NCBI GenBank assembly: GCA_963830075.1
Contig: CAWHLD010000020.1
Span: forward strand, 1-64,000
Direction: 5' to 3'
DNA from: an uncultured Rubrobacteraceae bacterium
GTDB lineage: Bacteria; Actinomycetota; Rubrobacteria; Rubrobacterales; Rubrobacteraceae
DNA length: 64,000 nucleotides
Of the stretch, positions 56,306 through 64,000 are shown in pieces. The first letter of the stretch is position 1, and the number at the start of each line of letters is the position of its first letter. The translations under genes and the position numbers were made by a program. The notes under the pieces are model-generated. The model had not been told where the DNA came from and did no database searches. It saw only the letters and a list, made by a program, of their open reading frames with translations.

Positions 56306-57409
56306 CTACCTCCTTCTGTAGCGGCGGACCAGGCGCCGGTACCTCTCGTAGTTGAAGTGCGGGCCGGGACAACTGTGGGTCGATCCCGGCACCCGAGTGT
56401 GGCCGGTGATGTGATGGCGGTCCACAGGTATACCATGCCGCCTGCTCAGATGGGCCGCGAGCCGCGCCGAGGCGTGGTACATGGCGTCGGACCACGCCCC
56501 GCGGCGGCTCGCGTAGCCCTCGTGCTCTATGCCGATGCTGTGCTTGTTCCACTTCCAGTTGCCGGCGTGCCAGGCGATGTCCGCGTCGCGCACGCACTGG
56601 GCCACCTTGCCGCCCCTGCTCAGGACGTAGTGGGCCGAGACGTTCGCGTGGCGGTTCTTGAACCAGCTTATGGTGCCGGGGTAGGAGCCCTGCGCTATGT
56701 GAACGACGATCCTGTTTATGTTTTGAGATCTTTCGCGGTTGGCGTTGGTGAAGTTGCCCCAGAAGGCCGGTCTCCACTTGGCCTTCTTGTAGTCTGGGGT
56801 AGACGCGGCTGTATAAACTTGTGGCATCTCGACATCCTCCCACGGCGCGAGCTCTAACCGCTCTCCGGTCGAGATGGTCAACGAGGCCCCGCTCTTCAAC
56901 GTTTCGTAGACCTGCACAGCGTAGAGTATGTCGCCCCCGTACTCTGCCACCGCCTTCTGCCAGCCGTCCAGGTTCTTGGGCTTGTCCGCCCCCTGAATGC
57001 CCGCCAGCAGTGCCGTTCCGCCGCGGATATTCGCCGGCCTCGACGTCTTGAGCAGTTGCTCCGAGAGCCCGGTCAGGGAGGCGGCCCGGCCGAGGGTGTC
57101 CGTCCAGGGGTTTTGCACGAGTTGCATGATGCCGTAGGCTCCGCGCCCGCTGAGGTTTCCCGGCTCGTAGTCGCTTGCCGACGGCGGGGGCATCTCCCAG
57201 AGCGTGTTGACGTAGCCTATCGCCAGGAGCAACTCTACGGGAACCTGATACCCCCGCGCGGCTTCCAGGAACTCTTTTCTCAAGGAACCAGTCTGGGCGA
57301 GGACTCCTCCGGCTGTCCCCCCGAGCAACACCGCGCCCGCCAGGCCCGTGCCGCCGATCCTCAGGAAGTCCCGGCGGTCTATCGCCCCGAGTCCACTCTC
57401 AGAACTCAA
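56306..57409 (-). CDS. Tat-secreted peptidoglycan hydrolase: N-terminal SLT-like segment plus C-terminal N-acetylmuramoyl-L-alanine amidase (Amidase_2/PGRP) domain
   Basis: Tat motif RRDFLRIGG; GAYGIMQL; amidase_2 Zn ligands VVHIAQGSY..., AHYVL, AWHAGNWKWNKHSIGIEHEG, ITGHTRVPGSTHSCPG. Confidence 0.7.
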   Translation of the reverse strand: MSSESGLGAIDRRDFLRIGGTGLAGAVLLGGTAGGVLAQTGSLRKEFLEAARGYQVPVELLLAIGYVNTLWEMPPPSASDYEPGNLSGRGAYGIMQLVQNPWTDTLGRAASLTGLSEQLLKTSRPANIRGGTALLAGIQGADKPKNLDGWQKAVAEYGGDILYAVQVYETLKSGASLTISTGERLELAPWEDVEMPQVYTAASTPDYKKAKWRPAFWGNFTNANRERSQNINRIVVHIAQGSYPGTISWFKNRHANVSAHYVLSRGGKVAQCVRDADIAWHAGNWKWNKHSIGIEHEGYASRRGAWSDAMYHASARLAAHLSRRHGIPVDRHHITGHTRVPGSTHSCPGPHFNYERYRRLVRRYRRR

Positions 57410-57642
57410 TGTTGCCCCCTTGTGTTTTCACTTCCTTACGATCTTTACCGTGTCGGTGACCATGCCGCCTGAATGGGGGCTCTTGCCAGAGACCTGCACC
57501 CGGTAAGGATCGCCCGCGTCCAGGCCCGACAGGACAGACAGCGAGGCCAGCGCTCCGTGACGCAAGGTCCCCCCTCCAGGGACGACATCGTATCGAGACG
57601 ATAATCATTATGTGACAAAGCTCGAGAAAAATTAAGGGTTCT

Positions 57643-58749
57643 GTGACACACTTTTCGCAAGTTTTCGTGACGGAGGTTCGAGAATGGCTTTTGGCCGGAG
57701 ATCCAACGCCCTACCCTGGCCCCTTGGTGCGTACAATGCTTGAGGGCCTGAAGGCGCACTTTACCAGGCTCGGACGGGCCGCGCGGAGCGCAGGCAAGAG
57801 AAGCTCGACGCTCACCCGAATCTACAGCAGGCTCATCGGTGAACGCGAGCGGGCCTACCTTGAGTTGGGCCGTTTGAGAACCAGAGTAGCCGGACAGGGC
57901 TCAAGCTCGGTCGATCCGGGGAGGATGGTCTGGATCTTCGGTTCCGGACGGAGCGGAAGCACGTGGTTGCGTAGCATGATGGGAGAGCTAAGCGGCGCTA
58001 GGGTGTGGGAAGAACCGATGGTCGGGAGGCTCTTCGGTGAGTTCTACGCAAGGTCGCCCAAGGACAACTTGCGCTCCGCCGACTTCGTGATGGGAAATCC
58101 GATCAGGAGGGGTTGGATCCACTCTATAAGAAACTTCGTCCTGGACGGGGCCAGGTACTCCAACCCCCGTATCAGCGCTGGGGAGTACCTGGTGATCAAA
58201 GAGCCCAACGGCTCCGTCGGAGCCCCACTTCTGATGGAGGCTTTACCCGAGAGCTGTATGATCCTGCTTGTCCGCGACCCCAGGGATGTGGTCGCCTCCG
58301 TCCTGGACGCCGCGAGAGAGGGGGGCTGGCTGTACGAGAGCAGGGAGGGGAAGACCGGCGCGAGACGCAGCAAGCTGGACAGGAGGCCGAACGCTTTCGT
58401 GAGAGAGCGGGCGAGGGTGTACCGGCGGGGCGTCGAGAGCGCCTGGCGGGCCTACGATGCCCACAACGGACCGAAGGTCCTGGTCCGCTACGAGGATCTC
58501 AGGTCCGATACGTTGGGCGAGATGAAGCGCATCTACGCGGTCCTTGGCGTTCCCGTAGGGGAGGAAGAGCTTGGGCGGGCGGTCGAGAAGCACTCCTGGA
58601 AGAACGTGCCCGAGGCCGAGAAAGGCAAGGGCAAATTCTACCGCAGGGGGACGTCTGGCGGCTGGAGGGAGGACCTGACCCAGAAGCAGGTCGAGGTGGT
58701 AGAAAGGACGACCGCCTCCCTGCTGGAGAGGTTCTACCCCGAACCTTGA
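57643..58749 (+). CDS. P-loop sulfotransferase (PAPS-dependent family)
   Basis: 5'-PSB motif IFGSGRSGSTWL, 3'-PB region LVRDPRDVVASVL, C-terminal FYRRGTSGGWRE; start could also be the internal ATG near 57739. Confidence 0.7.
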   Translation: MTHFSQVFVTEVREWLLAGDPTPYPGPLVRTMLEGLKAHFTRLGRAARSAGKRSSTLTRIYSRLIGERERAYLELGRLRTRVAGQGSSSVDPGRMVWIFGSGRSGSTWLRSMMGELSGARVWEEPMVGRLFGEFYARSPKDNLRSADFVMGNPIRRGWIHSIRNFVLDGARYSNPRISAGEYLVIKEPNGSVGAPLLMEALPESCMILLVRDPRDVVASVLDAAREGGWLYESREGKTGARRSKLDRRPNAFVRERARVYRRGVESAWRAYDAHNGPKVLVRYEDLRSDTLGEMKRIYAVLGVPVGEEELGRAVEKHSWKNVPEAEKGKGKFYRRGTSGGWREDLTQKQVEVVERTTASLLERFYPEP

Positions 58750-59705
58750 ACACGCCCAAGGCATCGGTCGTGATCCTTACCTTCGAGGCCGGTCCTGGCT
58801 TCGAAGAACTGCTAAGGAGGGTTTTCTCTCAGAGCACCCACTTCGACTATGAGGTGCTCGTGATCGACTCCGGCTCGACGGACGGCACCGTCAGGCTCGC
58901 AGAGATCTACGGCGCCTCTGTGCACCGGATAGACCCAGACACGTTCGACCACGGCGCGACGCGCAACCTGGGCGCCTCGCTCTCACGCGGACGCTACATC
59001 GCTTTTCTCGTGCAGGACGCCCTCCCGGTAGACGATGGCTGGCTCGCGGCGATGGTGGATAACCTCGACTCCGGCGCGACGGTCGCCGGGGTGTACGGGC
59101 GGCAGATCCCACGCCCCGAGAGCAGCCCGCTGACCCGCGCCCTGATGCGGGACTGGCCCACCTCCGGCCAGGAACGCCGGGAACAATTCGCCGGTGGGCC
59201 AGATGCTTACGGTGCGCTGTCCCCGGCCACGCGACATTCTCTTTCTATCTTCGACAACGTGAGCTCCTGTGTGCGCCGCTCGGTGTGGGAGCACATCCCC
59301 TTCGAAAAGACGGCCTTCGGGGAAGACATCAGGTGGGGCAACGCCGTCGTCGAGGCGGGCTACGCTCTCACGTACGAGCCGCACTCGACCGTACTCCACT
59401 CGCACGAACGCGGCGCCCTCTACGACCTCAGGCGCCACTACGCGGACGGGCTCGTTCTCCAGGAACTCTTCGGGCTCGTCCCGACGCCGAACCTGGCGCG
59501 GCTGCTTCTGAACGTGATTGTGACCTCAGCGCACCTCTATCTCAGCAGGGACGGCGTGACGATCCTGGCTCCCCGTTTCCTTCCGCGTGCCATGAGATAC
59601 GCCCTCTTCTCACAGGCGGGCACCTACCTCGCGGCCCGTAGAGACAGGAAGCCGGACTCCCCGTTCTCCGTCAGGGCGCACAGGTTCCTCCTCAAGGGCA
59701 TCTAG
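58746..59705 (+). CDS. Family-2 glycosyltransferase (start TTG/GTG uncertain)
   Basis: SVVILTFEAGPGFEELL...EVLVIDSGSTDGT...FLVQDALP. Confidence 0.6.
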   Translation: MNTPKASVVILTFEAGPGFEELLRRVFSQSTHFDYEVLVIDSGSTDGTVRLAEIYGASVHRIDPDTFDHGATRNLGASLSRGRYIAFLVQDALPVDDGWLAAMVDNLDSGATVAGVYGRQIPRPESSPLTRALMRDWPTSGQERREQFAGGPDAYGALSPATRHSLSIFDNVSSCVRRSVWEHIPFEKTAFGEDIRWGNAVVEAGYALTYEPHSTVLHSHERGALYDLRRHYADGLVLQELFGLVPTPNLARLLLNVIVTSAHLYLSRDGVTILAPRFLPRAMRYALFSQAGTYLAARRDRKPDSPFSVRAHRFLLKGI

Positions 59706-59768
59706 AGATTCCGTATAATCCTTCTTCATGCACGCAGGACGCTACGCTAAGTCCCTTGAAACTCGCCG

Positions 59769-61139
59769 GTGAGGGTTCTCTTTACCACCCACCAGTTCTT
59801 CCCCGAGAGCCGTGCGGGCGTAGAGGTCGTTACGCTCGGGCTGGCGCAAGAGCTTAAGGCCCGTGGCCACCAGCCTTTCGTCCTGGCCGCCAAGCGGTCG
59901 GTTCCCCACAGCGACCTCAGGCCTGGGGGGACAGAGGATTACGAGTTCGACGGCATCCCTGTCCGCAGGATCGGACGCCCGGAGGAGGGCCTATCCCGAC
60001 CCTACGATCTCAACTACCGCAACGAGGATATGGCCAAAAAGGTCAGGGAGTACGTGCGGGAGGCGGCTCCCGACGTCGTCCACGCCATGCACCTCCAGGG
60101 ACTCTCGGCGAGCGTACTGCCGGTCTTCGAGGAGTTCGGGCTGCCCGTGGTCTTCACGGCCGCCGACTTCTGGCCGGTATGCCCGGTCGTGGACCTGAGA
60201 AGGCACGACGGCGCTATGTGCCGGGGACCAGATGTCGCCCACTGCGTCAGGTGCATCGCAAGCAGGAGCGCCGACCCCCGCGTCGTAAAGGCGTCCCGTC
60301 TCGTGCCAGGCACCGTCGCCGGGGCTGCCGGTCTGGTCTCCCGCACTGCCCTCTCGCGCCTCTCCTTCCCGCTGCGCCAGGTGGAGGCCGTGGGGGAGCG
60401 TCCCGGCTACATACGGGACCGTATGCAGAGCGTGGACCGCATCCTCGCCTACACGCACCTCACGCGGGACCTTCTCGTCGCCAACGGTATAGGAGGAGGA
60501 AAGATACAGGTCTCCCCCTACGGCATAGACGCCTCCCGCGTCGCCGAAGCCAGCTCGGAACGGCGCCCGTCCCTGACACTCCGGTTCGGGTTCGTGGGTA
60601 CCCTGGCGCCCCACAAGGGCCCCGACGTGCTCGTCCGGGCCTTCATGATGCTCCCGCCTGAAGTAGAGGCGACGCTCGCAGTCTACGGGAGCGAGAGGAG
60701 TTATGAGTCCTACGCCGCCGGTCTGCGCACCCTCGCAGAGGAGGACACGAGGATCTCCTTCCGCGGGCCTTTCTCGCGGGACGAGATCGGGGGTGTCATG
60801 GCGGATCTCGACGTCCTCGTGGTCCCTTCACGCTGGTACGAGAACGCCCCTGGTGTGATCTTCGAGGCCTTCGCCGCCGGGATGCCGGTGATCGCCACCG
60901 ACCTCGGGGGCATGTCCGAGTTCGTGAGGCCGGGAAAGAACGGCCTGCTCTTCACCCTCGACGACGCGGAGGACCTCGCCGGAAAGCTGGGCCGACTGGC
61001 CGGCGAGGAGCGTCTACTCGAGCGCCTGCGCGCGGGCATTGAACCGGTCAAGACCACAGGAGAGTACGCGGGCGAGCTGATAGACCTCTATGGTACGCTC
61101 CTGGAAGGCAAGAGGGATCGATGGACAGGCCGTGGATGA
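59769..61139 (+). CDS. Family-4 (GT-B) glycosyltransferase
   Basis: MRVLFTTHQFFPESRAGVEVVTLGLAQEL...; C-terminus EGFGLV-type ..NAPGVIFEAFAAGMPVIATDLGGMSEFVRPGKNGLLF. Confidence 0.75.
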   Translation: MRVLFTTHQFFPESRAGVEVVTLGLAQELKARGHQPFVLAAKRSVPHSDLRPGGTEDYEFDGIPVRRIGRPEEGLSRPYDLNYRNEDMAKKVREYVREAAPDVVHAMHLQGLSASVLPVFEEFGLPVVFTAADFWPVCPVVDLRRHDGAMCRGPDVAHCVRCIASRSADPRVVKASRLVPGTVAGAAGLVSRTALSRLSFPLRQVEAVGERPGYIRDRMQSVDRILAYTHLTRDLLVANGIGGGKIQVSPYGIDASRVAEASSERRPSLTLRFGFVGTLAPHKGPDVLVRAFMMLPPEVEATLAVYGSERSYESYAAGLRTLAEEDTRISFRGPFSRDEIGGVMADLDVLVVPSRWYENAPGVIFEAFAAGMPVIATDLGGMSEFVRPGKNGLLFTLDDAEDLAGKLGRLAGEERLLERLRAGIEPVKTTGEYAGELIDLYGTLLEGKRDRWTGRG

Positions 61140-61200
61140 GGTTTTGCGTGCAACTTGATAACCGAAAGAACTCAGGCCTTCACCCCTGCGGGAGGCTATC

Positions 61201-62049
61201 GTGAGGGTCTTGCTGACCGGCGCGGGAGGACAGCTTGGCCTAGAGCTAGCCGCGATGCTCCCCGGGCGGGGCCACGAGGTCGTCGCCCTCGACCGGGGCG
61301 GGCTCGACATAGCCGACGCCGGGGCCGTGGAGCGTGCACTTGGTGAGCACGAGCCCCGGATCGTCGTAAACGCCGCCGCCTACACCAACGTCGATGGTTG
61401 CGAGGAGGAGACGGACCTAGCGTACGCCGTAAACGCCCTCGGGCCGCGCAATTTGGCCCAGGCCTGTGGGCGGCATGATTGCGAGCTCCTGCACGTGAGC
61501 ACCAACTACGTCTTCGACGGTGAGGGCGAAAGACCCTACGAGCCCTTCGACCCCCCAACCCCGATCAGCGCCTACGGTCGCACCAAGCTCGCCGGGGAGG
61601 AGTACGTGATGCGGCTCATGAACCGCTGGTACGTGGTGCGCTCGGCCGGCGTCTACGGAGGGGGACACAACTTCGTGCGCACCATGCTGCGCGTGGCAGC
61701 AAAGCGCGACTCGCTCAAGGTCAAGGACGACGAGTTCATTTCGCCGACCTACGCCCGTGACCTGGCCGAAGGCATCGCCGGGACGATCGAGGGTGGTCGC
61801 TATGGTCTCTACCATCTGACCAACGCCGGGTCCTGCTCCTGGTACGAGTTCACCCGTGAGATCTTCCGCCTCGCCGGTGTCGAGACCGAGGTCATCCCTA
61901 TCCCCGGGTCGGAGTACCCCCTGCCGGCACAGCGCCCGGCCAACGGGGTTCTGTCGTCTCTCGGAAGCCCAGAGCTCCGTCATTGGAGCGAAGCGCTCGC
62001 CGACTACCTCGCCCAGGAGTCCCACGATGACGCGCGGGTGAGGCCCTGA
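61201..62049 (+). CDS. rmlD: dTDP-4-dehydrorhamnose reductase
   Basis: MRVLLTGAGGQLG...VVNAAAYTNVDGCE...YGRTKLAGE (YxxxK), 282 aa. Confidence 0.85.
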   Translation: MRVLLTGAGGQLGLELAAMLPGRGHEVVALDRGGLDIADAGAVERALGEHEPRIVVNAAAYTNVDGCEEETDLAYAVNALGPRNLAQACGRHDCELLHVSTNYVFDGEGERPYEPFDPPTPISAYGRTKLAGEEYVMRLMNRWYVVRSAGVYGGGHNFVRTMLRVAAKRDSLKVKDDEFISPTYARDLAEGIAGTIEGGRYGLYHLTNAGSCSWYEFTREIFRLAGVETEVIPIPGSEYPLPAQRPANGVLSSLGSPELRHWSEALADYLAQESHDDARVRP

Positions 62050-62075
62050 CACCGCCCGGCCGCAGGCCCATCGAG

Positions 62076-63131
62076 ATGCTCCGAAGGGCAAAGGCAACCC
62101 TGGACGACGCGACCGGCGCCCTCAGGTCGAAGGCCAGCAAGCAGGCCCGCAGGCAGCTCGCTCTCAAGGACGCGGAGATCTCCGCGCTCAGGAGGGAGCT
62201 GGCGCGTTTGCGCCCGGAGGGGCATGGCACGGACACGGGACGCGTGCCCGTGTTCTTCGTCGTCGGAAACCAGAAATCTGGCACCACGTGGCTAATGCGG
62301 ATGCTCGACGCGCACCCCGAGATACTCTGCAGGGGCGAAGGACGCTTCTTCGGGGCGAGCTGGAGGCAGAAGAGCCTGATCCAGAAAGACACGCGGAGGC
62401 CGCCAAGCTCGCTGTACAACGCCGTCCTGGACGCCGAGTACCTGAAGCTCTGGGTAGAGCGGTCCGTCTGGAGCAGGAACGACAGCGCGGCCGAGCACCT
62501 CGACAACCTCACCCGCATGGCTATCGACTACTTCCTAGAAGGTGAACTCCTGAAGAGCGGGAAGCGGGCCGTAGGGGACAAGTCGCCACTACTCACCCCC
62601 GAAACGATACACGAGATCTCCACCATCTACCCCGAGGCGAAGGTGATCCACATACTCAGGGACGGCAGAGACGTGGCCGTCTCAGCGGCGTACCACACCC
62701 GCAACTTCGGCAGGTCCAACAAGAGAAGCGAGGCAAATGGAGGCATGTTCCTGGAGGAACAACTCGAAAAACTCGCGGCGGAATGGGCCTCAAGGGTGGG
62801 CAAGACCGTAGCGGACGGCCCCGAGCTGCTCGGAGAGAACTACACCGAGGTTCGCTACGAGGACCTGCTGCAAAGCCCCGAGAAAGAGGTCCAGCGGCTT
62901 ACACGGTTCATCGGGGTTGACCCTGGCGAAGAGGCCGCGAGGCGGTGTGTTGACGCCGCCAGCTTCGAGAGGCTCTCGAAGGGTAGACAGAGGGGCGAAG
63001 AAGACCAGTCCTCGTTCTTCAGGAAGGGCGTGGCGGGCGACTGGAAGAATGTCTTCACCCAGCAAGACAGTGAGGTCTTCGACGAGGAGGCGGGCGAACT
63101 GCTCTCCAGGCTCGGCTACGAAACAGGCTAG
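62076..63131 (+). CDS. P-loop sulfotransferase (second copy, distinct sequence)
   Basis: 5'-PSB VVGNQKSGTTWLMRML, 3'-PB ILRDGRDVAVSAAYH, C-terminal FFRKGVAGDWKNVFT. Confidence 0.7.
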   Translation: MLRRAKATLDDATGALRSKASKQARRQLALKDAEISALRRELARLRPEGHGTDTGRVPVFFVVGNQKSGTTWLMRMLDAHPEILCRGEGRFFGASWRQKSLIQKDTRRPPSSLYNAVLDAEYLKLWVERSVWSRNDSAAEHLDNLTRMAIDYFLEGELLKSGKRAVGDKSPLLTPETIHEISTIYPEAKVIHILRDGRDVAVSAAYHTRNFGRSNKRSEANGGMFLEEQLEKLAAEWASRVGKTVADGPELLGENYTEVRYEDLLQSPEKEVQRLTRFIGVDPGEEAARRCVDAASFERLSKGRQRGEEDQSSFFRKGVAGDWKNVFTQQDSEVFDEEAGELLSRLGYETG

Positions 63132-63138
63132 TCCTCCG

Positions 63139-64000
63139 TCAACGCTCAATGGATGGGTAGAGCCTGCGTAGCTTCTTTCGGGCATCTGCTGTGGTAAAGC
63201 GCCAATTGACGCTCGCCGCCTTCCGGTTGCGCGCCTCACACCAGGCTCGCGCCTCCCTTCTCAACGTCTGCGCGTCCGGCACACGTCGCTTGCCCAGACA
63301 CTGCCTCACCAACACTGAGATCTCTATCTCGGCCATGTTCAACCACGAACCGTGCACCGGCGTGTAGCGGAACTCTATCCTCCTGCTGAGTCGGCGCGCG
63401 CGCTCGGCATCGAAGACCTCGTAGAAGGAGGCCGCGCTGTGGATGTTTAGGTTGTCCACCACCAAGCGTATCTTCTCGGCGCGCGGGTAGAGATCCTCGG
63501 CCAGGTGGCGCACGAACTCGGCGAACTCGCGTCCGCGCCGACGCTCGCGCACCTCCACACCTCGCCAGCCCGTGAGGGGTTCGAAGGCCACGAACAGGTG
63601 GGCCATGCCCCGCCTCTTGTACTCGTGGTCGCGGCGCTCAGGGACCCCCGCTCCGACGGACAACGCCTCGCGAACCTCGGCGAGGAGCTGGCAGGGGCGC
63701 TCGTCGAAGCAGACCACCGGGCGCTTCGGGTCGTAGGGTTCCTCGTAGAGGTCCAATACCTCCTCCATCCTCCAGACGAAGCGGCCGCTGTGTTTGGACG
63801 GGATCACCCAGCCCTTGACCAGGTGGGGCCGCAGTTCGTTTTTTTGAGCGTCTTACGGACCGTCTCGTGGGAGACCTCATCCACGATGCCCATCTCCACC
63901 GCCTTCTGTGCCAACAGTCTGAGGCTCCAGCGCTCCCTCCCTTCCGGAGCCTGTGAGCAGGCCAAAGCGATCAGGTGCGCCTCGGCCCTCCCGTCGAAGG
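63139..64000 (-). mobile_element. IS630-family (Tc1/mariner superfamily) insertion sequence, partial at the window edge. It has a complete DDE ORF B and a partial HTH ORF A joined through an A7 slippery site (63839-63845).
   Basis: ORF B: ..VCFDERPCQ..LVVDNLNIHS..YTPVHGSWLNMAEIEISVL... ORF A tail ..LRLLAQKAVEMGIVDEVSHETVRKTLKKNELRPHLVKGW reads through into ORF B only after a -1 shift at CTCAAAAAAAC. Confidence 0.8.

Noticed and set aside
1-64000. tRNA, rRNA, tmRNA and RNase P genes
   Set aside because: No GTTCGAATCC-type T-arm plus CCA or acceptor architecture was found. There are no rRNA-like conserved blocks, no GGAAAGTCCGG (RNase P) and no tmRNA tag-ORF signatures.

Overview
This is a high-GC bacterial chromosomal segment, Actinomycetota-like in gene content: F420-type PPOX-family proteins, Tat signal peptides, and rml/thr/ilv/leu genes. 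No rRNA, tRNA or CRISPR array was seen, so nothing is reported for those.

Main content, in order:
- 1–2.1 kb: two tandem paralogous polytopic membrane proteins.
- 2.3–2.8 kb: an ICMT/PEMT-like methyltransferase interrupted by an in-frame TGA.
- 3–9.4 kb: a SAM-dependent methyltransferase, PPOX-family protein, cupin and alpha/beta hydrolase, interspersed with apparent gene remnants (PhoX C-terminus, SDR C-terminus).
- 9.6–13 kb: an HhH-GPD-like protein, two aldo-keto reductases (one here, one at 17.7 kb) and HU.
- 13.6–17.6 kb: a secreted NlpC/P60 hydrolase, the C-terminal half of a CcrM-like N6-adenine DNA methyltransferase, an RTX-type Ca-binding protein, DUF2277 and a GGDEF cyclase.
- 20–24 kb: three consecutive metallophosphatase-fold genes, including a CapA-like lipoprotein.
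- 25–29 kb: a DUF62 SAM hydroxide adenosyltransferase, a large SGNH hydrolase, a LuxR-type HTH protein and a YfcE-like phosphoesterase.
- 30.8–33.7 kb: two tandem paralogous SPFH/band-7 genes with coiled-coil C-terminal modules. Both show reading-frame interruptions.
- 33.8–46.5 kb: a long co-directional minus-strand amino-acid biosynthesis supercluster, thrC-thrB-ilvB-ilvN-ilvC-ilvE-leuA-(HExxH protein)-leuB-cimA.
- 46.6–63.1 kb: a surface-glycan locus bracketed by rmlBAC and rmlD. It contains two GT2, Wzt/Wzm ABC export, an S8 protease, a Tat-secreted amidase, another GT2, a GT4 and two P-loop sulfotransferases.
- 63.1–64 kb: a partial IS630-family element with an A7 slippery programmed-frameshift site.

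At least four families of short dispersed repeats and hairpins occupy intergenic space. One family shares sequence with the 5' boundary of the methyltransferase fragment.

Several genes carry in-frame stops or frameshifts (ICMT-like, SPFH1, SPFH2, PPOX at a C10 tract). These point either to genuine gene decay or to assembly errors.

Coordinates of refined starts are approximate (±3 nt).
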